A stretch of 32,000 bases of DNA. It comes from Aliivibrio fischeri ES114. Its GTDB lineage: Bacteria; Pseudomonadota; Gammaproteobacteria; Enterobacterales; Vibrionaceae. Of the stretch, positions 9,442-18,297 are shown one piece after another (within the stretch, counting starts at the first letter, position 1; the number at the start of each line of letters is the position of its first letter). A program made the translations under genes and the position numbers. Under the pieces are notes generated by a model. It was not told the origin of the DNA and did no database searches. It saw only the letters and a program-made list of their open reading frames with translations. Where the stretch lies: assembly GCF_000011805.1 (NCBI RefSeq), contig NC_006840.2; one strand, written 5' to 3'.

Positions 9442-11937
9442 ATGCAAACTCTCTCATTTAGTGTTCAAAGCATTACGCATCTTAAAGAAGAGTGTGATTC
9501 ACTATTAATAGAGAGGGCATCAGGATGTTTAATTCAGATATTCTCTTCTCAATCGATGGAAGAAGTCTCTACTTATCATTCCTTTTTACAGTGCTTATTT
9601 CCTCACGCTGAGATCGTTGGTCTCAGCGCGATTCATACCAGTATAAATTCTTCGGTATTCACTCAATCAACCATTGTATCTATCTCTACTTTTGATTCTT
9701 CAACCGTGACATCAGCGTCAATTGTCCATGGTGAAAATGAACCACTTGTTGGTCATCAATTATTAAGAAAACTATCCGTTAATCAGACGACGAAAAGCGT
9801 TATTGCTTTTAGTTGTTATGGTTCTGCAAGCAATTACAAGCTCTTTGAAGCTTTCTCTGAGCAAGCTTACATTGTTCCTGTATCGGGTTGTGTTGCGACA
9901 GATACAGGTGAAGGGGCCTGGATTCTGTTTAATGGTGAGTTTCATCAAAACCAAATCGTTGCTGTTGCTTTACATGGTGAAAAATTACAGGCTTGGTATG
10001 AAGCATTTGTTGAATGGAATCCCATTGGTAAGCATTTTCGAGTTACTGCTTCTGAAGGTCGAGTGGTTAAAGCGATTGACCATATTCCTGCGTACGATTT
10101 TTATTGTAAATACTTAGCTGACAACAAACCACTTGCGCTTAGCCAGATTCAAGCTTTTCCTTTAATGCTAGAGGAAGAGACGGCACGCATTATTAATACG
10201 GTTGAATCAATCACCAAAGAAGGGCATTTATTGTTTTCTGCTGAAGTGCCTGTTGGTGATGAGGTTAGATTATCGTATTACCATCCGTCATTAACGCAAG
10301 AGCAAGTGAATCAAGGTGCGGCTCGTTTGGCGAATCGACGACCTGAATCTATTTTTATTTATAACTGTGAATCGCGGATTGAAAATAGTACTGAATCAAC
10401 AGAATTACAGGCGTTTTCTGATGTTGGTTTATGTCAGGGTGTTTATGGGATGGGAGAATTTTTCCGATCTCATAATCAGCAGATTTTACACCACAGTTTA
10501 ACCTACCTTGCGTTAAGTGAATCAGAAGAAGTCGCATCAGAATACGATACTTTTTCTCGTGCGCCACGTGTTCATAACTTAACGCCGCTGTTCTCATTAA
10601 TTAAAAATTCAATTCAAGATTTGGATCATATGACCTCTGAATTGGAAGAGAAAATTAGAGAGCAGTCACTGCGTTTAATTCAAACTTATCGTACGGACAG
10701 AAGAACGGGATTACTTAATCGTACGGTACTGAAAGAGCGCCTTTCTCATATAGCGTTAACGGATCATTTACTCTCTTTTAAATTAACCAATTTAAGCCAA
10801 GTAAATGAAAAGTATGGTTACCATGTCGGTGATAAGTTACTGCAAGATATTAGTTATTATATGAAAGAGCATTTAGGCTTAGCGATTGAGTCTGAAATTG
10901 AGCTCTACAGTATTGGCATTGCTGAATGGGGTGTCATATTTAATAGCGATACTGCCAGTGAGGTATTACGTAAGCAGATTACTGGTTTTATTGAAAAACT
11001 AGAACATGAAAATTTTGAACCTTATGGTTTAGATGATGTGGACTATTTAAGTGTTTCTATTTCTGGGGGGCTTATTAGTCGACGTGATTTCCCAACCATT
11101 GCTTCTGAAGATTTAATTCTAAAAACGGTAGAGGCAAGGCGAATTGCTATGCGTCGTAATCGCCACTTGTGTAATGCCCGAGAATTAATGAAAGAAGAGC
11201 GTACTCGTCAAAATCAACTGGATTGGCTTACTTGTGTCAATCGAGCGATTTCTCAAAAGGGAGTATTGGTTTATGGGCAACCTATTTATAAAGCGCATAC
11301 TCATGAGCTAGCATCAACAGAATGTCTAATGCGAATTCAAGAGGACGACCAAATATTTGCTCCGGGACAGTTTTTACCAGCGGTTGAGGGGACGCATCTT
11401 TATACTCGCTTAAGTCGAGAAATGATTTCGAGTATCTTTGAGATCATGCAGTCGAATGATTTGACGTTCTCGATTAATTTATCTCCTCAAGATTTATTAA
11501 GTGATAGAACACTAGATTTATTAGAGTCATCCATGATCCGTTTAGATAACCCAATGCGAGTGGGATTTGAAGTGTTAGAAACGGAACAAATTCAAGATTA
11601 TGGGCATATCATTGAGGTGTGTAATCATTTTCGACGCTTAGGTGCACGAATTATTATTGATGATTTCGGTTCAGGTTATTCCAATATTGATGCGATCATG
11701 AAACTAGAGCCTCAGGTGATTAAGCTTGATGGCTCAATTATCAAAAATGTACATCAAGATAAGCGACAGCGTTTGATCTCTCAGCAAATGGTACAGCTTT
11801 GTCATGTATTAGATGCCAAAGCTGTGGCCGAGTTTGTTCATAACCAAGAGGTGTGTTCAATTGTTGAAGATATGGGCGTGGATTACTTACAAGGTTACTT
11901 TTTAGGTGAGCCTAAATCGTTACACATTAAGACGTAA
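9442..11937 (+). CDS. FIST-N/FIST-C sensor domain protein with degenerate GGDEF and near-complete EAL domain
   Basis: 831 aa; N-terminal ~350 aa FIST-like (VSGCVATDTGEGAWILFNG...; SIFIYNCESR), GGDEF region reads GIAEWGVIF, EAL region reads ASTECLMRI, INLSPQDL, GFEVLET, IIDDFGSGYSN, IKLDGSII, LQGYFLGEP. Confidence 0.87.
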   Translation: MQTLSFSVQSITHLKEECDSLLIERASGCLIQIFSSQSMEEVSTYHSFLQCLFPHAEIVGLSAIHTSINSSVFTQSTIVSISTFDSSTVTSASIVHGENEPLVGHQLLRKLSVNQTTKSVIAFSCYGSASNYKLFEAFSEQAYIVPVSGCVATDTGEGAWILFNGEFHQNQIVAVALHGEKLQAWYEAFVEWNPIGKHFRVTASEGRVVKAIDHIPAYDFYCKYLADNKPLALSQIQAFPLMLEEETARIINTVESITKEGHLLFSAEVPVGDEVRLSYYHPSLTQEQVNQGAARLANRRPESIFIYNCESRIENSTESTELQAFSDVGLCQGVYGMGEFFRSHNQQILHHSLTYLALSESEEVASEYDTFSRAPRVHNLTPLFSLIKNSIQDLDHMTSELEEKIREQSLRLIQTYRTDRRTGLLNRTVLKERLSHIALTDHLLSFKLTNLSQVNEKYGYHVGDKLLQDISYYMKEHLGLAIESEIELYSIGIAEWGVIFNSDTASEVLRKQITGFIEKLEHENFEPYGLDDVDYLSVSISGGLISRRDFPTIASEDLILKTVEARRIAMRRNRHLCNARELMKEERTRQNQLDWLTCVNRAISQKGVLVYGQPIYKAHTHELASTECLMRIQEDDQIFAPGQFLPAVEGTHLYTRLSREMISSIFEIMQSNDLTFSINLSPQDLLSDRTLDLLESSMIRLDNPMRVGFEVLETEQIQDYGHIIEVCNHFRRLGARIIIDDFGSGYSNIDAIMKLEPQVIKLDGSIIKNVHQDKRQRLISQQMVQLCHVLDAKAVAEFVHNQEVCSIVEDMGVDYLQGYFLGEPKSLHIKT

Positions 11938-12526
11938 ATTTATGTCCACTTCGTTCAGCTTGGAACACCGTTAAAAATTGATCGTAATAACATGAAAGAG
12001 CTTGAGCATTCTCAGGCTCTTTTACCATCTCTAAGACTTCAATTCCTGCTTCGCACGTACATAGATTACCTTCACTTTGATTTCTACGTAAGTGATAGCG
12101 AGATGCTTCGTCAGTTTGAATCTCCAAGCAAGGTAATGCTTTTAACCAAGGACTTTTATTCACCATTTTTTTGGCTTCTTGCCATGTCGCATCGAGCAGT
12201 ACAAAAAGTTGTTTTTTGCTTGGGTCATGTCGATGGTGAAAATCACTACTGAGTACTGGCTCTTTACTTGGGAAGAGTAACCAGGTTTCAGTATCTGCTT
12301 GGTTTATTTTACTAATAAGCGCTTGAGGTGGTTCTTTTCGTTGCCACGTGTATTCCGTTGTATTGGACAAACTATTGAGGAGCAACTTTCCTGTATTGGT
12401 GAGTTTGTGGCGTTCGTTTTCATGATAGAGCAACGCAAACTCAATATTTGAGCTTAAATTTGGTTGATGTGCGCAAATACAATTATGAGTAAATCCACAA
12501 ATAGAGCAGGTCATGAATATGTCCAT
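11927..12526 (-). CDS. DTW domain-containing protein (tRNA-uridine aminocarboxypropyltransferase family)
   Basis: CSICGFTHNCICA cysteine cluster, LLDATWQEAKKM (DTW motif variant), SRYHLRR. 3' end overlaps the convergent FIST gene by 11 bp. Confidence 0.85.
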   Translation of the reverse strand: MDIFMTCSICGFTHNCICAHQPNLSSNIEFALLYHENERHKLTNTGKLLLNSLSNTTEYTWQRKEPPQALISKINQADTETWLLFPSKEPVLSSDFHHRHDPSKKQLFVLLDATWQEAKKMVNKSPWLKALPCLEIQTDEASRYHLRRNQSEGNLCTCEAGIEVLEMVKEPENAQALSCYYDQFLTVFQAERSGHKFTS

Positions 12527-13536
12527 TATTGACTGGTTGAAAATAGGGTTAACCCTGATTTTATTGGAAAGGTAACGCCATTCACCGTTTCTTTATCCGT
12601 ATGAATTTGTTTTCCTTTTTTAGTGAATGTTCGCTCAGCAATTAAGTATTGGCGTTGATGGCGGCTCATTAACACGTGTACATGGTCATCACGAGTTGCC
12701 TGCCATACTCCGGTTTCAACTAATGGGTCTTCACCTGTTTGATTATCATAGGTCGTGATTGCCGAGTGATCAGGATTTAAAACCAGATTAATGTTTAGCC
12801 CTGGTGTTGTTAGCGTGCTGGTCCCTTGGTAAGTACCAACCCAATTAAGCGTAGTATCTTTGGGTGCTAATGTTCCACAACCCTTATAGGTCGTATCATT
12901 AACCGTAACTTCTGAATTCCAACCATAAATCGACTCAACCATGCTGTCGTTGCATAGGCCTTTTGTCATGATTAACGAGAAATTCTCGCTGTGGTATTCT
13001 CGTCTTGTCGGAGTAAATTCCTGTTTGGTGATAGGTTGTTTTTTGGTTTGATTTCCCATTTGAGAAAAGACCAATTCACCACTCTTTACCTGCATATTCC
13101 AAAAAGGTTCATTACCAAAGGCTTTGGTTGGTTGTGGTGGTTGGGCACAACTTGGGCCTTCCCCTGCAACTAAACGATTAATATGAGACACAACAAATCG
13201 AGCAGGATAGTCGCTAGAAAAACCGCCTTTAGGTGGGGCTTCAAAATGACCAATAAATTCACCATACATTGCTTGGTAAGGTCTTGATTGAATGTCTGTT
13301 CCCGCTTTCCATTGTCTTGGAGATAGGTTTACCCAGTACTGTTGATCGCTATCACAAGGCTGAATACTTTGAGACTCATGACCAATGATTACTGTACCTC
13401 TCAACATAAAAGTATGAGGTGAGTTAATCTCATCTTGTTGAGCTACCATATTATTTTTAGGTGCTGATGTTTGTTGGCTGCACCCTGTCAATAATAGCAA
13501 TGTGGCACTAATTAGAGTGGTTAATGATGTTTTCAT
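12526..13536 (-). CDS. NlpE-like/COG3650-like outer-membrane lipoprotein
   Basis: Lipobox LLLLTGC; FGNEPFWNMQV; C-terminal NlpE-like segment (NWVGTYQGTSTLTTPGLNINLVLNPDHSAITTY..., GVWQ). Overlaps the DTW gene start by 1 nt. Confidence 0.7.
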   Translation of the reverse strand: MKTSLTTLISATLLLLTGCSQQTSAPKNNMVAQQDEINSPHTFMLRGTVIIGHESQSIQPCDSDQQYWVNLSPRQWKAGTDIQSRPYQAMYGEFIGHFEAPPKGGFSSDYPARFVVSHINRLVAGEGPSCAQPPQPTKAFGNEPFWNMQVKSGELVFSQMGNQTKKQPITKQEFTPTRREYHSENFSLIMTKGLCNDSMVESIYGWNSEVTVNDTTYKGCGTLAPKDTTLNWVGTYQGTSTLTTPGLNINLVLNPDHSAITTYDNQTGEDPLVETGVWQATRDDHVHVLMSRHQRQYLIAERTFTKKGKQIHTDKETVNGVTFPIKSGLTLFSTSQ

Positions 13537-13692
13537 TATAGGATTCTCAACATGGTTGGTTTAACTCTGGGAGTGAGTATGCCATAGGACATGATAAATG
13601 CGTGAAAATTCACCTTTGTCAGAGCTATTAGTAGGATTTTAGCGTAAAATGCCGGGGTTATTTTAAATGAGTAAAGAGAGCTAAGAAAAAAT

Positions 13693-14328
13693 ATGAGTTG
13701 GAACCTTTCGCCTTCAGACGTATTTAGTGCATCACCAGTTGTTCCTGTTATGGTTATCGAACAATTGGAAGACGCTGTACCAATGGCTCAAGCACTTGCA
13801 GCTGGTGGAATTAATGTGTTCGAAATTACGCTTCGAACAGCGGTTGCTTTAGAGGCAATTACTGCAATTCGTAAAGCGATGCCAAAAGCATTGGTAGGCG
13901 CTGGTACTGTTATTAGTACGCATCAGTATGACCAAGCTGTTGAAGCGGGCGCTCAATTTATTATTTCTCCAGGGTTTACACCAAGTTTGTTAGCCCACGC
14001 TAAAACAGCGGATGTTCCACTAATCCCAGGTGTTGCAACGCCTTCTGAGGTGATTCGAGCTATCGAATTAGGTTACTCTCATCTTAAATTTTTCCCTGCA
14101 AGCGCATTTGGTGGTCCATCAGTATTGAAAGCGATGGCAGCACCATTACCACAAGTTCAATTCTGTCCAACTGGTGGCATTAATCCACAAAACGTAAATG
14201 ACTACACAGCATTAGATTGTGTGGCTACTGTGGGTGGTTCTTGGATGCTACCAAAAGATGCAGTAGCAGCAAAAGATTGGAATAAAGTCACGTTATTAGC
14301 AAAAGAAGCGGTAGAGCTAATTAAGTAA
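13693..14328 (+). CDS. eda: Bifunctional 4-hydroxy-2-oxoglutarate / 2-dehydro-3-deoxy-phosphogluconate (KDPG) aldolase
   Basis: 211 aa; PVVPVMVIEQLEDAVPMAQALAAGGINVFEITLRT, VGAGTVI, HLKFFPASAFGG, FCPTGGI. Confidence 0.93.
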   Translation: MSWNLSPSDVFSASPVVPVMVIEQLEDAVPMAQALAAGGINVFEITLRTAVALEAITAIRKAMPKALVGAGTVISTHQYDQAVEAGAQFIISPGFTPSLLAHAKTADVPLIPGVATPSEVIRAIELGYSHLKFFPASAFGGPSVLKAMAAPLPQVQFCPTGGINPQNVNDYTALDCVATVGGSWMLPKDAVAAKDWNKVTLLAKEAVELIK

Positions 14329-14341
14329 TCGCACTTATTTT

Positions 14342-14377
14342 TTGTCACGCCTGAGAACGATGAATCAGGTGTGACAA
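14342..14377. other. Strong 13-bp hairpin between convergent genes
   Basis: TTGTCACGCCTGA-GAACGATGAA-TCAGGTGTGACAA; one G.U-type mismatch. T-run lies 5' of the stem on the + strand (A-run 3' on -), so it is not a textbook intrinsic terminator. Confidence 0.5.
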
Positions 14378-16882
14378 CTCTCCCCATTGTTCAATTGGTA
14401 ACGGCTTGCTGTATAGGTAGCCTTGTGCAATATCACAACCTAAAGAGTCCAATATTTCTGCTTGCTCTTTTGTCTCAACCCCTTCAACAACAATCGAAAC
14501 GTTAAACCCTTTTGCCATGTGAATGATAGCGTTAACAATCGATGTTTCTGCATTATCTCGAGTTAGATTTTTTACAAACGAGCGATCTATCTTTAAGCAG
14601 TCAAAAGGCAGAGTGTGCAAGTAAGACAGTGATGAGTAGCCTGTGCCAAAGTCATCAATTGCAATATGAACCCCAAGCGCTCGAACCTTATTTAATAGCT
14701 CAATAATAAAGGCATCGTTATTCAATAAGCGAGACTCAATGATCTCTAAGCTTAAGTTTTTAGGCTCAAGACCTGATTCTGTTAATGCGGCTTGTAAGCG
14801 CTGATAGCTATTCCCATCATGCAGTTGCTCTGTTGAAACATTAACATGCATAACAAAATCGTCTGGCCATTCACCAGATGCAATTTTTTGTGCAGTGTCG
14901 ATGCACGCTTGTCTTAATACCATACGACCAATATTGATTATCATGCCGTTATCCTCAGCAAGAGGAATAAATTCATTTGGTGATACGATACCTCGTTGTG
15001 GTGAATTCCAACGAATTAACGCTTCTGCACCATGAATTTTACCGTCTTCAAAATTCACTAATGGTTGATAGTAAGGGAGTAACTCTTCATTTTTTATTGC
15101 GTGCGATAACTCCGCAGCTAGCTTGGTTTTTTTCTGAGAGATGTCGGCCATATAAGGCTCAAACACAGCCAGTTTGCTTGATTTGCTTTGTGCATAAGCA
15201 AGAGCCAGACTTGCGCAACGTAGCCAGTGCATCGCATTGTGGTTATTTAATTGATAAACCAATCCCGTAGATAATTGGATAACAACCTCACCAGAGGCGG
15301 ATTGTATAGGGGTATTAAATATAGATTGCAGCTGCTGGGCGTAATTAATTAACTCTTGAATATCATCAATATGATAAAAGAAAAGAGCAAACTCAGCGCC
15401 ACCAATGCGGGCCATTTCTATATTTTGATCTTGATAGTGCGTTTTTAATCGCTCTGAAATATCAACAAGAAGATGGTCACCACTTAAGTGTCCAACAGAG
15501 TCATTGATGTCTCGAAAACCATTAATGGTAAAAGAGATGAGTCCTGAATTATCTGTAATAGCAGGAGAGATAACGTTATCGAGACCTGTTCGACTGTATA
15601 AATGAGTCAGTGAGTCGTAGGTTACTTTATCTTGTAACTCTTGAAACGATCGTTTTAGGTTGTGTGCCATAAATTTAAACGAACGGGTTAGAACCATGAC
15701 TTCTTGAGTTGTGCAATTAATTGGCAAAGGCGTATCCCAATTACCTTGAGCTAGCTCCTTTGCTGAATTGGCGGTATCAATAATCGGCTTTATTAATTTT
15801 CGAATAACATAAACCGCAAGCACAAAAGCGATAAGGCAGGCGATAACCGTAATAATAATGGTGAACTGTCGTCGCTGTGGCAATGCCCCAAGTAGAGTTG
15901 ATTCTGGTATTGATGCAATGATATAGCCTTCAACAGGAATACGTTTCCGGAAAGGGCTGATCATCATAAAGTGCTTTTGACCATCAATATTTAGTGAGAT
16001 TATTTTTTCTTGTAATGCCTTATCAAATCCTACTTTTTCAATATATAGAATCGTCTCTTTAACGATTGGATTTTCAATGCTGTCTATGCGTGAGATATCA
16101 TGATGCATTGGTGCATTAGGATTATGATCTGAATGTAGCCAGACGGTCCCATTGCTATCAACAATAGAGATATTACCGTTGATTTCATCGGCTTCTTTGT
16201 CTAAAAATTTATTGAATGACGTAAGTAAAACATCTGTTGTAATAACGCCTTCAAGTTCTTTATTTTTATTATAAACCGGAGATATTGCAGAGAGCAGAGA
16301 GGACTCATTTTCTTCTACGTTTGAGTAAATATCACTCCATCGAGCTTTCGGATCTTCGAGTGACTTTTGATACCAAGGACGAGTTCTTGGATCATAGTTT
16401 TTTATGATGTTAAGTACTGGTGATTGTAAATTATCGCCTTGATAAATATATAAGTGGCTGTTCTGCTCTTTTAGAAGTAAATGGGTAGTACCGTTATTTT
16501 TATTTTTTCTAAAGCCAATGTAATCACCTTTTTTATTGCCATAGCCAATGATATCGACTTGTTTAAGTGTACTGACTTCTTTTTTTAAGTTTTGATTTAG
16601 GTAACGCTGTAGTTTTTTAGCGTTTTCTGGCAAATAAAGCTCATTACGCTCAATCGTATTGCGCATATTGATATTTGCATTTAATGGGTCTTCTAATTGA
16701 TGGTAAAGAGCTGCATCAATACTGCGAGAGGAAGAATCTAATAACTTTTCACTGATGTGACTGATCATATCTCTATAAATGCTTGCTTGGCTGTTAAGTA
16801 CCACTGTCATGATCAAAGTAAAAATGATCATAAATGGGATGGTAATGGCAAACTTTAGAGATATGTTGTTTTTACATGACAT
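14345..16882 (-). CDS. Membrane dCache-HAMP-GGDEF-EAL protein with GGAEF variant motif; probable c-di-GMP phosphodiesterase
   Basis: N- and mid-protein TM segments, NYDPRTRPWY (Cache), ARIGGAEFALFF, GAEALIRW, LEIIESRLL, AIDDFGTGYSSLSYL, VVEGVETKEQ, QGYLYSKP. Track ORF extends to 16903; ATG at 16882 (MSCKNN) likely. Confidence 0.9.
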   Translation of the reverse strand: MSCKNNISLKFAITIPFMIIFTLIMTVVLNSQASIYRDMISHISEKLLDSSSRSIDAALYHQLEDPLNANINMRNTIERNELYLPENAKKLQRYLNQNLKKEVSTLKQVDIIGYGNKKGDYIGFRKNKNNGTTHLLLKEQNSHLYIYQGDNLQSPVLNIIKNYDPRTRPWYQKSLEDPKARWSDIYSNVEENESSLLSAISPVYNKNKELEGVITTDVLLTSFNKFLDKEADEINGNISIVDSNGTVWLHSDHNPNAPMHHDISRIDSIENPIVKETILYIEKVGFDKALQEKIISLNIDGQKHFMMISPFRKRIPVEGYIIASIPESTLLGALPQRRQFTIIITVIACLIAFVLAVYVIRKLIKPIIDTANSAKELAQGNWDTPLPINCTTQEVMVLTRSFKFMAHNLKRSFQELQDKVTYDSLTHLYSRTGLDNVISPAITDNSGLISFTINGFRDINDSVGHLSGDHLLVDISERLKTHYQDQNIEMARIGGAEFALFFYHIDDIQELINYAQQLQSIFNTPIQSASGEVVIQLSTGLVYQLNNHNAMHWLRCASLALAYAQSKSSKLAVFEPYMADISQKKTKLAAELSHAIKNEELLPYYQPLVNFEDGKIHGAEALIRWNSPQRGIVSPNEFIPLAEDNGMIINIGRMVLRQACIDTAQKIASGEWPDDFVMHVNVSTEQLHDGNSYQRLQAALTESGLEPKNLSLEIIESRLLNNDAFIIELLNKVRALGVHIAIDDFGTGYSSLSYLHTLPFDCLKIDRSFVKNLTRDNAETSIVNAIIHMAKGFNVSIVVEGVETKEQAEILDSLGCDIAQGYLYSKPLPIEQWGELSHLIHRSQA

Positions 16883-17049
16883 AAAAATAGCGACCAGAAT
16901 CACACTTAATAGAATGGAGTCGCGTATGCTATCAGCAATAGAAAAGAGAAATATGTCTCAATTGTTGGATGGCGAGAGATTGTTCAATTCGAAAGGTTAG
17001 GGTATGAAACGATATGGTTACCTAATTAAAAACGATAAGAGTAAAAGAT

Positions 17050-17124
17050 AGGTTTCAGGGTTCAGGCTTCAGGAAGAGCAGAAGTAGTACCCCTGAATCC
17101 TGTAAGCGCAGCGCCCTGAAACCT
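17050..17124. repeat. Intergenic repeat-family member with terminal inverted repeat
   Basis: AGGTTTCAGGG (17050-17060) ... CCCTGAAACCT (17114-17124), perfect 11-bp IR; interior CAGGCTTCAGGAAGAGCA and CCCCTGAATCCTGTAAG match copies near 5 kb, 30 kb and 31 kb. Confidence 0.7.
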
Positions 17125-17131
17125 GCTTTAT

Positions 17132-18136
17132 TTAGCGCTTAGCTGCCATCTCACGTAGAGCTTGTTTCTCTGAATCAGATAAGAAAGCCAGATCTAAACC
17201 ATTAATTTGAATTTGTTTAAGTTGCTCTGGCGTTAAGCCAACTTTTGGTGCAGCGACTTCGTACTCATGAGGTAATTCAATGCCTTCAACCGCTGGGTCA
17301 TCTGTATTAAGACAAACTTTAACACCGTAATCTAAGAATGTCTTAATTGGGTGAGATTCAAATGAAGCAACCGTACTTGTTTGAATGTTAGAGGTTAAGC
17401 AAGACTCAATACCAATGTTGTTTTTAGCTAGGTATTCCATCAGTTTTGGATCTTCAATGGCTTTAACACCATGACCAATTCGTACTGCGCCAAGCTCATT
17501 AATTGCTTGCCACATACTTGCAGCACCCGCTGCTTCACCTGCGTGTACAGTGACACGAAGATCTGCGTCTTTCACTTGTTTAAAGTGATTTACAAAAAGG
17601 TCACCTGGTTGACCTAACTCATCACCAGCAAGATCGATTGCAACTAATTTGTGTTTTTGAGTCAGTAGGCCATCTAATTCTTGTTGGCAAGCATCTTGAC
17701 CAAAGGTACGACTCATAATACCGATTAAGTTAGCCTTAATACCAAAATCACGACAACCCGCTTCTACACCATCAACAACCGCTTCAACAACACCAGCAAT
17801 AGGTAAATTGTGTTTCATTGCCATGTAGTATGGTGAAAAGCGTAATTCAGCGTAATCAATTTGAGCATTCATTGCGTCTTGAACGTTTTCATATGCCACA
17901 CGACGACAGGCATCTAAATCACCAAGAACAGCAACGCCCCAATCAAGTTTCGATAAGAAAGCCACAAGACTTGGCTCGGCTTCCACAATTTGTACGTGAG
18001 GGCGAAGTGCTTCGATATCATACGCAGGTAGGTCTAAACCAAATTTTTGGCCTAAATCCAAAATGGTTTCAATGCGAATATTTCCATCAAGGTGACGGTG
18101 TAGATCCGTTAAAGGAAGTTGTTTAATGATCATTAT
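17132..18136 (-). CDS. add: Adenosine deaminase
   Basis: 334 aa from [20 protein letters not shown]; [35 protein letters not shown]. The 5' extension in the track (to 18265) is not family-like. Confidence 0.93.
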   Translation of the reverse strand: MMIIKQLPLTDLHRHLDGNIRIETILDLGQKFGLDLPAYDIEALRPHVQIVEAEPSLVAFLSKLDWGVAVLGDLDACRRVAYENVQDAMNAQIDYAELRFSPYYMAMKHNLPIAGVVEAVVDGVEAGCRDFGIKANLIGIMSRTFGQDACQQELDGLLTQKHKLVAIDLAGDELGQPGDLFVNHFKQVKDADLRVTVHAGEAAGAASMWQAINELGAVRIGHGVKAIEDPKLMEYLAKNNIGIESCLTSNIQTSTVASFESHPIKTFLDYGVKVCLNTDDPAVEGIELPHEYEVAAPKVGLTPEQLKQIQINGLDLAFLSDSEKQALREMAAKR

Positions 18137-18297
18137 TATTTTCCTAAAAAGTGTCCCAATTCCATTGGTGCATCGGCATTGGTATAAAACTGAATATAAG
18201 TAGATATTACAGCAGAGTATAGAGACAAGTGTGGAATGTGTCAGTAGCAAATCGGTTAAAAACAACGCAATCTGAACGATTGCGTTGTGATGTTAAC

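Noticed and set aside
9803-10117. 104-aa ORF in another frame inside the FIST-GGDEF-EAL gene, possibly a frameshift
   Set aside because: The main frame is open for 831 aa with continuous domain features; the alternative frame is compositionally biased and lacks family motifs.
13602-13613. Small palindrome GTGAAAATTCAC upstream of eda as a specific KDG/gluconate operator
   Set aside because: Only 5-bp arms in an AT-rich region and no match to a regulator consensus I can name confidently; may still be a minor operator.
16779-17000. 73-aa plus-strand ORF divergent from the GGAEF/EAL gene
   Set aside because: Mostly antisense to the signal/TM coding start of the neighbour; no convincing protein similarity.
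18137-18265. 43-aa N-terminal extension of adenosine deaminase in the ORF track
   Set aside because: The family start [17 protein letters not shown] is at 18136; the extension translates upstream non-coding DNA.
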